DNA from: Malacoraja senta
Taxonomy: Eukaryota
Length of the DNA: 64,000 nucleotides
Assembly (NCBI GenBank): GCA_038087875.1
Contig: CM075999.1
Span: forward strand, 2,668,001-2,732,000
Direction: 5' to 3'
Part shown: positions 51,811 to 64,000 of the stretch, piece after piece
How the letters are laid out: every line of letters starts with the position of its first letter
How positions within the stretch are numbered: the stretch's first letter is position 1
Program-made: the position numbers and the translations under genes
Notes under the pieces: model-generated
Database searches by the model: none
Told to the model about the DNA's origin: nothing
Seen by the model: only the letters and a program-made list of their open reading frames with translations

Positions 51811-54800
51811 TGCACCACAGTATGGTGCGGTTTGCCTGGTTACCACGCAAAAGAAAGTTCTTCTCTGTATCTCGGTACACATGACTATAATGAACCAATC
51901 CCGACACCAATCACACTGAGGGCTGAAGAGTGAAGGAGGGAACAGCAGATGCTGGTTTACACCGAAGTTAGACACAAAATACTGGAGTAACTCAGCGGGA
52001 CAGGCAGCATCTCTGGAGAGAAGGAATGGGTGACGTTTCTGGTCGAGACCTCCTATTTTGTCCGTATGAGTATAGGCGTGGTGTGCTTCTTAAATAATGA
52101 GACAAAGTAATGTTTGCCAGTGGCACAGTTGCCTCACGGTACCAGAGACCCCGGTTCGATCCTGACTTCGGGTGCTGCCTGTGTGGAGTTTGCCCGTTCT
52201 CCCTGTGACCTCTTGGGTTTCCTCCGGGTGCGCCAGTATCCTCCCACATCGCAAAAACGTGCACGTTTGTAGGTTAATTGCCCTCTGTAAATTGCCACCT
52301 AGTGTGTCGGGAGCGGATGGGGAAAGTGGGATAACGTGGAACTGGTGTGGACGGATGATCGGCGTGGATTCGATGGGCCGAAGGGCCTGTTTACGAGCTG
52401 TATGACTCTGTGGGTATTCCACATACACTCTCCTCACTTTAGCTAGACACAAAATGCCGGAGTAACTCAGCGGGGCAGGCAGCACCTCTGGAGAGAAGGA
52501 ATGGGTGACGTTTCGGGTCGAGACCCTTCTACAGACACATGTTAGGCACCAGAGGGCACCATCAGCTTAGTTTCGCCACGAGAAGCCAGATTTCACTTTA
52601 AATTGCAGTATTAAATATAGCCGTCTTTGTAACACTTGTTAGCTGCTGAACAACAGCTCATATTTCGCTTGGGCAGCTTACAATCCAGCGGTATGAACAT
52701 TGACTTCTCTAACTTCAAGTAACCCTTGCTTTCCCTCTCTCTGCCTCCCTCCCCCATCCATGTTCTCCGACTAGTTCCACTGTCCTCCTGATTAAATTTT
52801 ACTGTTTGTCTGCCTCGTTGTCAACTTCCCCTCAGCCAACAACGAACCATTCTACATTTCCGTTCTTTCTTTTAAAATCTTTTTATTAATTTTTTTCCAA
52901 AAAAAAAAAGAAGATAAATAATAATGTGATATTGATACATAGGGATCAGGATATCATTAATAACAAGTATAACCTGAGTATGAGTCCAGTGTCAAAATAC
53001 ACATGGAGTATCGACCTCCCGGTCGGTCTCTATGTAAATATAGTTAATTGTTTAAAAGTGAACTTGTATATATAAAAACAAAAATATATTTTTTTTAAAG
53101 AAAAAAAGAGAAAACCTTAAACAGCATCCCCTTTGATCTCTGGTTTTCACACCTCACCCTTCCATATATCTTTGTCTCCCTCCCCTGACTCTCAGTCTGA
53201 AGAAGGGTCTCGACCCGAAACGTCACCCATTCCTTCTCCCCAGAGAAGGGATGGGTGCCTGTCCCACTGAGTTACTCCAGCATTTTGTGTCTATCTTCGG
53301 TTTAAACCAGCATCTGCAGTTCCTTCCGACACAATGATCTATTCTACATTTCCTTGATCTGCATCCCCTTTGATGTCTCATTCTCACACCTTACACTTCC
53401 TTATCTCTGACTCTCCCTCTCCCCTGACTCCCATACTCCTATACTGAAATCCTCTTGTTAAGTGTCTGTGGAGAACATGGATAGATGACGTTTCAGGTCG
53501 GGACCCTTCTTGAAAGGTCCATAAGGAATGGGTGACGTTGTGAAGAAGAGTTCCGACCCGAAACGTCACCTATTCCGTCTCTCCAAAGATGCTGCCTGAC
53601 CCGCTGAGTTTCTCCAGCATTTTGCAAGTATCTGTCGGAGTTTGGTTCATTAACTCAAACGCCCAGGAATGGACACTGCCCCGGGTCATCGCGGGTACCG
53701 ACCTCCTCAACATCAAAGGGATTTGTAGGGAAGCGTTGGCTCAAAAAGGCAGCCAGCATCATCAGAGACCCTCATTCACTGTGCCCATCCCTTCATCCTA
53801 CTCCCACCTTTGGGAAGAAGGTACAGGAGCCTGAAAACTGGACCTCCAGGTTCAGGAACAGCTTCTTCCCAACAACCATCAGGCTCTTGAACACTGCACA
53901 ACATCTGCAGGAAGGAACTGCAGATGTTGGTTCGCTGAAAACTGAAGAAGGGTCTAGACCTGAAACGTCACCCATTCCTTCTATCCAGAGATGCTGCCTG
54001 TCCCACTGAGTTACTCCGGCATTTTGTGTCTGTCTTCAGTGTAAACCGGCATCTGCAGTTCCTTCCCGCACATTTCCGCTGCTGTTAATGACCTTGATCA
54101 CATAAAAAACAATTAACCACATTGTAACTACTCTGAAAGCTTGAATTCAATTAATTCAGATCACCATCTTAAGCAAATTACAAAAAATAATTGACAAGAA
54201 ATGCTGAATGTTACCAAAAAAGCACATTAAAGTAGGAAAGAACGCAGGAAGAACGGTCTTGACCCAAAACAAAAGGTATAGAAGTTCGAAAACACACGCC
54301 ACCAGATTCAGTGACAGTTTCTTCCCGGCTGTTATCAGGCAACTGAACCATCCTACCACAACCAGAGAGCGGTCCTGAACTACTATCTACCTCATTGGTG
54401 ACCCTTGGACTATCCTTGCTGGAGAAACTCAGCGGGTGAGGCAGCATCTATGGAGCGAAGGTAAAGGTGACGTTTCGGGTCGAGACCCTTCTTCAGAAGA
54501 AGGGACCTTCGATTTTCCAGCATCTGCAGTTCCTTCTTAAACACTTGGACTATCCTTGATCCTTGATCCAAAAAGCTTTTCACTGTACCTCGTTACACGT
54601 AACAATAAACTAAACTGAACTGAATCAAGTTGATACGTTCTATATACAAAGCACCTATACTTTGTGCTGGGTGTATGGAACGAGCTGCCAGAGGAGGTGG
54701 TTGAGGCAGGTAATATAACAACCTTGATGGGATTTTGCTGGCTTTACCTTGCACTAAACATTATTCCCTTATCATGTATCTACACACTGTAAACGGATTG

Positions 54801-55205
54801 ATTGTAATCATGTATTGTCTTTCCGCTGACTGGTTAGCACGCAGCAAAAGCTTTTCACTGTACCTCGTTACACGTGACAATAAACTAAACTGAACTGAAC
54901 TGATCTCTTTTGTTTAAGAAGGAACTGCAGATGCTGGAAAAATCGAAAGTAGACAAAAAATGCTGGAGGAACTCAGCGGGACAGGCAGCATCTCTGGAGA
55001 GAAGGAATGGGTGACGATTCGGGTCGAGACCCGCATCTGACGGAGATCTGTGAGCCTTGGCGTCGGTGTGCCTGCAGTGGCAACGTTGCAAACATGAAAC
55101 CATGTGGTGCCCTGCACTAACCCAGACCCAACCCCTGACAGGGACTCAGGCAGCAAATCGAAGCAAAATGGTATTGAAAGTAAAACACAGGTATGTTGAT
55201 TAAAC

Positions 55206-55600
55206 CAAAGATCCTATAGCGGAGCAAGATAGACCACTCCTTCTAAATGCAATGGGCTGACGTGTAGTACGCAACGGAGCGGAACGTGGGCCTTTTTTTC
55301 ATCCATTTCAGTAACCCGACCCGACCCAACTCGCAGTGTAATCAACGTTGCGGGGGAACAGTTTGTGTTAATAAATTATAATTCTGAAAATGAGGAGTAG
55401 ATTTTTCCCAAATAACTTTTATTTTTACGAGGATGTTTCCGTAACCGGCTTCCGTCTCCGCACTAGTATCCTATGGGATCTTTGGTGCGGAGACGGAAGC
55501 CGGTTACGGAAATGGGGCCGAAAATTACCCGTGAATCTGCCCATGACCGTACTACGTCTTATTCGTCGAGTGGACTATCTTGCTCGCTATAGGATCTTTG
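55206..55600. mobile_element. MITE with CA...TG termini and 8-bp TSD (P-element-like or hAT-like)
   Basis: ~34-bp TIR CAAAGATCCTATAGCG(G)AGCAAGATAG.CCACTC; TSD GATTAAAC at 55198-55205 and 55601-55608. Confidence 0.88.
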
Positions 55601-58092
55601 GATTAAACTGGGGAGTCAGCTGGTATCATGACACAAATGAAGGCACACCTCTGTGACATTGTAATGTACCCTGTAGCGTCCGTGACATTCACAAACCTCG
55701 TTCGCAGTTATTAAAGGAAAGAACATTTTCCCCTTCCATAGTTTGTTCATTCATTTCAATTAAACTTGTTTTTTAGCTTAGAAACAAAATGTAATAGGAA
55801 TCTGAGAGGTAACCTTTTCACACAAAGGGTGGTGGGTGTATGGAACAAGCTGCCAGAGGAGGGGTCAGGGTGGTGCAGCGGTAGAGTTGCTGCCTTACAG
55901 CGAATGCAGCGCCGGAGACCCATGTTCGATCCCGACTACGGGTGCTGCCTGTACGGAGTTTGTACGTTCTCCCCATGACCTGTGTGGGTTTTGTCCGAGA
56001 TCTTCGGTTTCCTCCCACACTCCAAAGACGTGAAGGTTTGTAGGTTAATTGGCTTGGGAAAGTGTAAATTGTGTAAATTGTCCCGATAGTGTGTGTAGGA
56101 TAGTGTTAGGGTGCGATGATCGCTGGACAATTCACTGGATGTTTACAAGAGAGAGTTAGATATACAGTAGCTCTTAGGGCTAACGGAACCAAGGGATGTG
56201 GGGAAAAAAGCAGGAACGGGGGTACTGATTGGGGATGATCAGCCATGATCATATTGAATGGCGGTGCTGGCTCGAAGGGCCGAATGGCCTCCTCCTGCAC
56301 CTGTTTTCCACGTTTTCTATGTTTCTATGAGAGTGCCTGGCCAACCTGGCCAAGTGATCAAGGCTTGGAACACAATGAGCAGGTCCTGTGATCGATGTGA
56401 CAGCCTTATCAAGCTCAGAGATTTGCAGCGAAAAGTCAATCAGGTAAAAAGATGCATAAAGTGGAGCTGAAAGCAAGTGGCGCCCAGAGAGGAGATTATA
56501 CTTCATGCTGGAGCCAGCAAGACCGTCAAGCAGGAGATAGAATCAGCATCTGACCACAACACTTGGAACCTCTTAGCAAGCAGGCACAGGTGGAACCTGA
56601 GAGGGAAGTGTTTGATCTAAACGTTTGCAAGGGGACTATTCTTTAGAATCGACACTGCTTTACTTCAGAGATACAAGGTTTTCAGGGATTCAAGGTCAGT
56701 TTATTGTCACATGTACCAATTAAGGTACAGTGAAATTTGAGATACAGCGCGGAAACAACGAGTCCGTGCCGACCAGCAATCCCCGTACACTAACACTATC
56801 CCAACCGCAATTTACAGAAGCCAATTAACCTATCAGTCTGAAGAAGGGTTTCGGCCCGAAACGTTACCTGTTTCCTTCGCTCCATAGATGCTGCTGCACC
56901 CGCTGAGTTTCTCCAGCATTTTTGTGTACCGTCGATTTTCCAGCATCTGCAGTTCCTTCTTTAACCTATAAACTTGTTTGTATACGTGTAAGAATAAGGG
57001 GTCGGCTATTTAGAACGGAGATGAGGAAAAACTTTTTCACCGAGAGAATTGTGAATCTGTGGAATTCTCTGCCTCAGAATGCAGTGGAGGCCAATTCTCT
57101 GGATGCTTTCAAGAGAGAGTTAGATAGCGGAGTCAAGGGATATGGGGAGAAGGCAGGAATGGGGTACTGATTGTGGATGATCAGTCATGATCACAGTGAA
57201 TGGCGATGCTGGCTCGAAGGGCTGAATGGCCTCCTCCTGCACCTGTTGTCTACATTTGATTGTCTATTGTCTTTGGCGCGCGGGAGGAAACCGGTGCACC
57301 TGGGAAAAACCCACGCAGGTCACGGGGAAGATCGTACAAACTCCGTACAGACAGCACCCGTCGTGGGTATCGAACCCGGGTCTCTAGCGTTGTAGCTCTA
57401 CCGCTGCGCCACCGTGCTGGATAGTTCTAGGAACAGAATTAGGCCATTTGGCCAAATCCTTCTAAACACCAGCCAGTACAGGCCCAGCGCCTTCAAACTC
57501 TCACCATAGGTTAATCAACTCATTACTGGGATCATTCTCGTAAACCTCCTCTGGACCCACTCCAATACCAGCACATCCTTCCTCAGATATGGGGCCCAAA
57601 ACTGCTCCCAATCTCTCCCAATGCTGCCTGACCAGCGCCTTATAGAACCACAGCATGACACCCCTGTTTTTGGATTCTCGAGATGCTCGAAATAAATAAT
57701 ATCCCTCCTTTGTGATTGTCTTTCATTGAGTCTTGGCACTGCCAAAACCCTGACTCATAGAGAGCCCGTTCGCAAAGTTTCAACACCCAGAAAACTAAGA
57801 TCAAATTGAACGATTTCGCACACCCAGCAAAAACTCTTGTTTTTCTTCCGAAGTCAAAATTATTCTTTCTCGCAAAGTAAACCAGTAAAACAACAGACAG
57901 CCCACAGTCCCTACAGCAAGACTGCCAATAAAAATGTTTTAAATTATATCAACGTGATATTAATATTGTGAGGTGACGGCAGGGAAAGACTCCTGACTGT
58001 GCTGGAGTCTGTGCCATTACACTGGGCTCCACCCCTGACAGGGACATTGCAGTAGATGAAGAAACAAAGAACTGCAGATGTGCAAAAGGACA

Positions 58093-58490
58093 AAGTGCTG
58101 GAGTAACTCAGCGGGTCAGGCAGCATCACTGGGGAACATGGATAGGTGACGTTTCACAGAGTGCTGGAGTAACTCAGCGGGTCAGGCAGCATCTGTGGAG
58201 AACATGGATAGGTGACGTTTCACAGAGTGCTGGAGTAACTCAGCGGGTCGGGCAGCATCTGTGGAGAACATGGATAGGTGACGTTTCACAGAGTGCTGGA
58301 GTAACTCAGCAGGTCGGGCAGCATCTGTGGAGAACATGGATAGGTGACGTTTCACAGAGTGCTGGAGTAACTCAGCAGGTCGGGCAGCATCTCTGGAGAA
58401 CATGGATAGGTGACGTTTCACAGGGTGCTGGAGTAACTCAGCAGGTCGGGCAGCATCTCTGGAGAACATGGATAGGTGACCTTTCGGGTC
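58093..58490. repeat. 66-bp tandem repeat (6 units) derived from a Penelope terminal repeat
   Basis: Unit GAGTGCTGGAGTAACTCAGCGGGTCAGGCAGCATCTGTGGAGAACATGGATAGGTGACGTTTCACA. Confidence 0.92.
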
Positions 58491-59772
58491 GAGTCCCTTC
58501 ATTAGCTGAAAAGTCCCGTGCCGACATGTCACCTAGTTTGAGTAGGGAGGAACTGCGGATGCTGGTTTCCACCAGAGATAAACACGAAATGGGGTCAAGG
58601 AAAGAGCGTTCACGTCGCGGCCCTGTTTCCACCGATCTTTCCACCACCACGCACAAGAGGCGACAAGACAGACGCCATTGTGTGCAGATGCCGAGAAGTG
58701 CATTCAGCCCTGGCTGAACAACTTCTAATCCTGTGTGTGGACTCGATAAAAAGAAGAAGAACACAAAATGCTGAAGTAACTCAGCGGGACAGGCTGCATC
58801 TCTGGAAATAAGGAAATGGGTGACGTTTCGGATCGAGACCTTTTTTCTTCGCCCTTTATGGGCGACTATTTGCTTACCTTGGGTACGCAAGCAAAGAATT
58901 GCAAACATGTGACAATAAACTATTCAATTCAATTCAATTCAAGACCTAATTTGAGTTGAGTTTATTGTCACGTGTACAGTGAAAAGCTTTTGTGGCATGC
59001 TAACCAGTCAGCGGAAAGACAACACATGATTACACTCGAGGCGTGCACAGTGTACACATACACTATAGGATATAGTCATAATATAGTCAGGATCAAACCC
59101 CATATGGGGAGAACGTACAAACTCCTCCCAGACAGCACCCATAGTCAGGATTGAACCTGGGTCCCTAGCGCTGTGAGGCAGCAACTCTACCGCTGCGCCA
59201 CCATGCCGGCCTTAATAACAATGACACAAAATGCTGGAGAAACTCAGCGGGTAAGGCAGCATCTATGGAGAGAAGGAATAGGCGACGTTTCGGGTCGAGA
59301 CCCTTCTTCAGACTGATGTCGCGGGGAGGGGGGGGAAGATAGGAAGAGGCGGAGACAATAGGCTTGTGGGAAAGCTGGGAAAGGGGAGCGGAAGGTGGGA
59401 GAAAGCAAGGACTACCTGAAATTGGAGAAGTCAATGTTCATACCGCTGGGGTGTAAACTACCCAAGCGAAATATGAGGTGCTGCTCCTCCAATTTGCGGT
59501 GGGCCTCATCTGACCATGGAGGAGGCCCAGCAATCACTAACACTGGGGATAAATACAAAAGCACATCTCACACCCAATGTCAAAATAAATCCTGTTGCCT
59601 TTGGAAACAGAACAACAGTGTAAGCAAAGAGAACACTTTACTTTTAGTTTTAAGGCAGCAAAGTCCCAAAGTGTTAGGCACCAGGGAAGGGTTTGAGAAA
59701 TTCTGTCTGTCAGCATTATTGAACAAATGCTCCGGTCAAAGACAACTCTCGCACATCCTCATATTAAACAAA

Positions 59773-60072
59773 GGGGCGGCACGGTGACGCAGCGGTAGAG
59801 TTGCTGCCTCACAGCGCCAGAGACCCGGGTTCGATCCCGACTACGAGTTTGTACCTTCTCCCCGTGACCTGCGTGGGTTTTCTCCGGGTGCTCCAGTTTC
59901 CTCCCACACTCCAGAGACGACCAGGTTTGTCGGTTAATTGGTTTGGTATAAATGTAAATTGTCCCTAGTGTGTGTAGAATAGTGTTCGTGTGCGGGGATC
60001 ACTGGTCGGCGCGGATGCGGTGGGCCGAAGGGCCTGTTTCCGTCCTGTATCTCTAAACTAAACTAAACTAAA
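59773..60072 (+). mobile_element. HE1-type V-SINE (representative; roughly 20 full or partial copies in the window)
   Basis: A/B boxes, V-domain, CR1-like tail and (CTAAA)n. Confidence 0.88.
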
Positions 60073-60727
60073 CATATTCTTCTGCTATTCATTGTGCCTT
60101 CCCCCACAGTGGTAACCATTGTGGGGGGATGATTTCTGCGTGTGTGTAAATGTTAATTGACTGTTTTACTTTGTGTCCAAGATGGCTGCCGGAAGGGGAA
60201 GTGGACGCTGGCGTGTATTAGCGGCCGCTGCTCTCTCTTCCATACTGTGTTTTTGATTTTTGTGTTCGGATAGAATTCTGTTTTTAATTTGTGTACGTGC
60301 GATGTCTTTATTATTTATTTTATTCCGCTTACATGTTTTTACTGTAAAATCTGTAAGGTGTCCTTGAGGTTTGAAAGGCGCCCATAAATAAAATCTATTA
60401 TTATTATTATTATTATTCTTGTGCAGGTGGAAGAGCAAGCAGCGACAGCACAGGCTACAAGATGTGACTCTATCTGTGTGTCAACTTTACTCCGTGGCAG
60501 GGTGCAAGTTAAATCAGCTGCGTTGTGGGACTGGGGTTATTTTAGGGCAGGACCAAGATAAGTCAATTATCTCATCTACTAGGGAATGACTGGAGTCCAT
60601 ATATGTATAAAGAGCCAGGACGTTATTGGTAAGTATGAAGTCTCCAGCTTAAACCTGCCTTGGCAAGGCCAGCAGCATAATCAAGGACGAGTCGCTCCCC
60701 GGCCACTCCCTCTTCTCCACCCTCCCA

Positions 60728-61602
60728 TCCATTGACTCCAACTTCCTTAAATTAAACAGTAGCAAAACAGAATTTCTCCTCATTGGCTCCAAATCAACAC
60801 TCACTAAAATTAACAACCCCGCTCTCACTATCGACGGCACCACTGTCTCCCCATCTCCTCAGGCACGCAACCTTGGCGTCATCCTTGACTCAACCCTCTC
60901 TCTTGAGCCTCACATCCGCCATGTTGTCAAAACATCATTTTTCACCTCCGCAACATTGCAAAAATTAGATCCTCTCTCACACCCCCCGCTGCTGAAAGAC
61001 TCATCCATGCCTTCATCTCCTCCCGACTGGACTACTGTAACTCTCTTCTTTTGGCATCAATTCCAGCAGCATCAACCGACTCCAACTGGTCCAGAATGCA
61101 GCCGCTCGACTCATTACCCACACCAAATCCTGGCACCACATCACCCCAGTTCTCAAAGAACTTCACTGGCTTCCCATTTCCCACCGGATCACCTACAAAA
61201 TCCTGGTCCTCACCTACAAAGCCCTCAACAACCTGCCCCCCCCCCTTATCCCATTGACCTCCTCTCCCCCTACCAACCCTCACGGTCCCTCAGATCCACA
61301 TCAGCTGGTCTCCTCTCCACTCCGAAATCAAACCTCTGCACTATTGGAGGCAGAGCCTTCTCCAGGGCAGCTCCCAGGCTCTGGAATTCCCTCCCACAAC
61401 CGGTCCGAAATTCTGAGTCCCTCACCATCTTCCAGTCCCGCCTCAAGACCCATCTCTTCACCTCTGCATACCCTTAGTCCCATGTCCCCCTCCCCTCTGT
61501 CTTACTGCTCTATTTTGTTTTGTTTATTCCTGACTCTCAATTGTAAAGCGACTTTGAGTCCTGAAAAGCGCTATATAAATAAAATCTATTATTATATTAT
61601 TA
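60728..61602 (+). mobile_element. L2 LINE 3' fragment with (ATT)n tail
   Basis: NFLKLNSSKTEFLLIG, RLDYCNSL-type and GGRAFSRAAPRLWNSLP..FQSRLKTHLF motifs. Confidence 0.9.
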
Positions 61603-62096
61603 TCTACACCTCATGCTACCTCGGCAAGGCCAGCAGCATAATCCAGGACAAGTCTCACCCCGGCCACTCCCCCTTCTCCCCTCACTCATTAGGCAAGAGG
61701 TACAGAAGTGTGAAAACGCACACCTCCAGATTCAGGGACAGTTTCTTCCCAACTAGAGAGCGGTCCTGAGATACTATCTACCTCATTGAAGACCCTCGGA
61801 CTATAATTAATTGGTCTTTACTGGACTTTCGCTTGTAGTATACATTATTCCCTTTATCATGCATCCGTACACTGTAAATGGCTCGATTGTAATCATGTAT
61901 TGTCTTTCCGCTGACTGGTTAGCACGCAACAAAGCTTTTCACTGTACCATGGTACACGTGACAATAAACTAAACTAATTAACCTTAATACTCCAGCATGG
62001 ACTTTTATTACATTTTATTATCTTGCTTGTCAAAGTCTCACAAATTTTTTTTTCTTGCCTTCAAGGGAAATAAATTTAATTAGCCAAATGATATTA

Positions 62097-64000
62097 ACAT
62101 AGAAACATAGAAACATAGAAAATAGGTGCAGGAGTAGGCCATTCGGCCCTTCGAGCCTGCACCACCATTCAATGTGATCATGGCTGATCATCCAACTCAG
62201 TATCCTGTACCTGCTTTCTCTCCATACCCCCTGATCCCTTTAGCCACAAGGGCCACATCTAACTCCCTCTTAAATATAGCCAATGAACTGGCCTCAACTA
62301 CCTTCTGTGGCAGAGAGTTCCAGAGATTCACCACTCTCTGTGTGAAAAATGTTTTCCTCATCTCGGTCCTAAAAGATTTCCCCCTTATCCTTAAACTGTG
62401 ACCCCTTGTTCTGGACTTCCCCAACATCGGAAACAATCTTCCTGCATCTAGCCTGTCCAACCCCTTAAGAATTTTGTACGTTTCTATAAGATCCCCCCTC
62501 AATCTTCTAAATTCTAGCGAGTACAAACCGAGTCTATCCAGTCTTTCTTCATATGAAAGTCCTGACATCCCAGGAATCAGTCTGGTGAACCTTCTCTGTA
62601 CTCTATGGCAAGAATGTCTTTCCTCAGATTAGGAGACCAAAACTGTACGCAATAATCCAGGTGTGGTCTCACCAAGACCCTGTACAACTGCAGTAGAACC
62701 TCCCTGCTCCTATACTCAAATTACTTTTGCTATGAATGCTAACATACCATTCGCCTTCTTCACTGCCTGCTGCACCTGCATGCCTCCTTTCAATGACTGG
62801 TGTACCATGACACCCAGGTCTCGTTGCATCTCCCCTTTTCCTAATCGGCCACCATTCAGATAATAGTCTACTTTCCTGTTTTTGCCACCAAAGTGAATAA
62901 CCTCACATTTATCCACATTATACTGCATCTGCCAAACATTTGCCCACTCACCCAACCTATCCAAGTCACCTTGCAGCCTCCGAGCATCCTCCTCACAGCT
63001 GACGCTGCTCCCCAGCTTCGTGTCATCCGCAAACTTGGAGATGTTGCATTCAATTCCCTCATCCAAATCATTAATATATATCGTAAATAGCTGGGGTCCC
63101 AGCACTGAGCCTTGCGGTACCCCACTAGTCACTGCCTGCCATTGTGAAAAGGACCCTTTACTCCTACTCTTTGCTTCCTGTCTGCCAGCCAGTTCTCTAT
63201 CCACATCAATACTGAACCCCAATAGCGTGTGCTTTAACTATAGCGTGTGCTTTAACTTTGTATAATAATCTCTTATGTGGGACCTTGTCAAAAGCCTTCT
63301 GAAAGTCCAGATATAACACATCCACTGGTTCTCCCTTATCCACTCTACGATTTACCTTTCATAAATCCATGCTGACTTTGTCCAATGATTTCACCACTTT
63401 CCAAATGTGTTGCTATCCCATCTTTAATAACTGACTAGCAGTTTCCCCACTACCGACGTTTGACTAACTGGTCTGTAATTCCCCGTTTTCTCTCTCCCTC
63501 CCTTTTTAAAAAGTGGGGTTACATTAGCTACCCTCCAATCCTCAGGAACTACTCCAGAATCTAAAGAGTTTTGAAAAATTATCACTAATGCATCAACTAT
63601 TTCTGGGGCTACTTCCTTATGTACTCTGGGATGCAGCCTATCTGGCCCTGGGAATTTATCGGCCTTTAATCCATTCAATTTACCTAACACCACTTCCCGG
63701 CTAACCTGGATTTCACTCAGTTCCTCCATCTCATTTGACCCCCGGTCCCCTGCTATTTCCGGCAGATAAATTATGTCTTCCTTAGTGAAGACAGAACCAA
63801 AGTAGTTATTCAATTGGTCTGCCATGTCCTTGTTCCCCATGATCCCCATGATCAATTCACCTGTTTCTGACTGCAAGAGACCTACATTTGTTTTAACTAA
63901 TCTTTTTCTCTTCACATATCTATAAAAGCTTTTGCAGTCAGTTTTTATGTTACCTGCCAGTTTTCTTTCATAATCTATTTTCCCTTTCCTAATTAAGCCC
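62097..64000 (-). mobile_element. CR1 LINE (RT and 3'UTR), continuing beyond the window
   Basis: DWRVANVTPLFKKG..NYRPVS, VTSGVPQGSVLGPQLF, KFADDTKL; (TTCTATGT)n tail. Confidence 0.95.

Noticed and set aside
59773..59845. tRNA-like sequences with A/B boxes (many copies)
   Set aside because: These are SINE heads followed by V-domain and LINE tail, not tRNA genes.
60428..60628. Possible + strand exon (tgtgcag|...ttattg|gtaagt)
   Set aside because: Stops in all three frames and no similarity to cathepsin exon 2; at most a non-coding exon, which is unsupported.

Overview
Repeat-dense vertebrate genomic DNA. The repeat families (HE1-type V-SINEs, CR1/HER1, L2, L1, Rex1/Babar, Penelope, HERO, DIRS, Helitron, hAT and Harbinger MITEs) point to a cartilaginous fish, probably a skate or ray (inference). 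One host gene is recognisable: an 8-exon papain-family cysteine protease on the minus strand (~25470 to ~11183), closest by my recollection to fish cathepsin L.1. It has a TATA/Inr/PU-box/M-box promoter and retains the catalytic Gln/Cys/His/Asn. It also has five single-base deletions in exons 4-6, probably assembly errors. A retroelement sits inside what appears to be the original TGA stop codon and adds a 38-aa hydrophobic tail. Upstream (26-50 kb) is a nest of degraded mobile elements, including a structurally complete DIRS element, a permuted/tandem HERO element, a Helitron, a Penelope element with a hammerhead core and a hAT transposase relic. A 200-N gap lies at 9445-9644. I see no convincing wholly new multi-gene system; the best novelty candidate is the TE-derived membrane/GPI-like tail on the cathepsin. 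Family assignments are by motif recognition, not database search.
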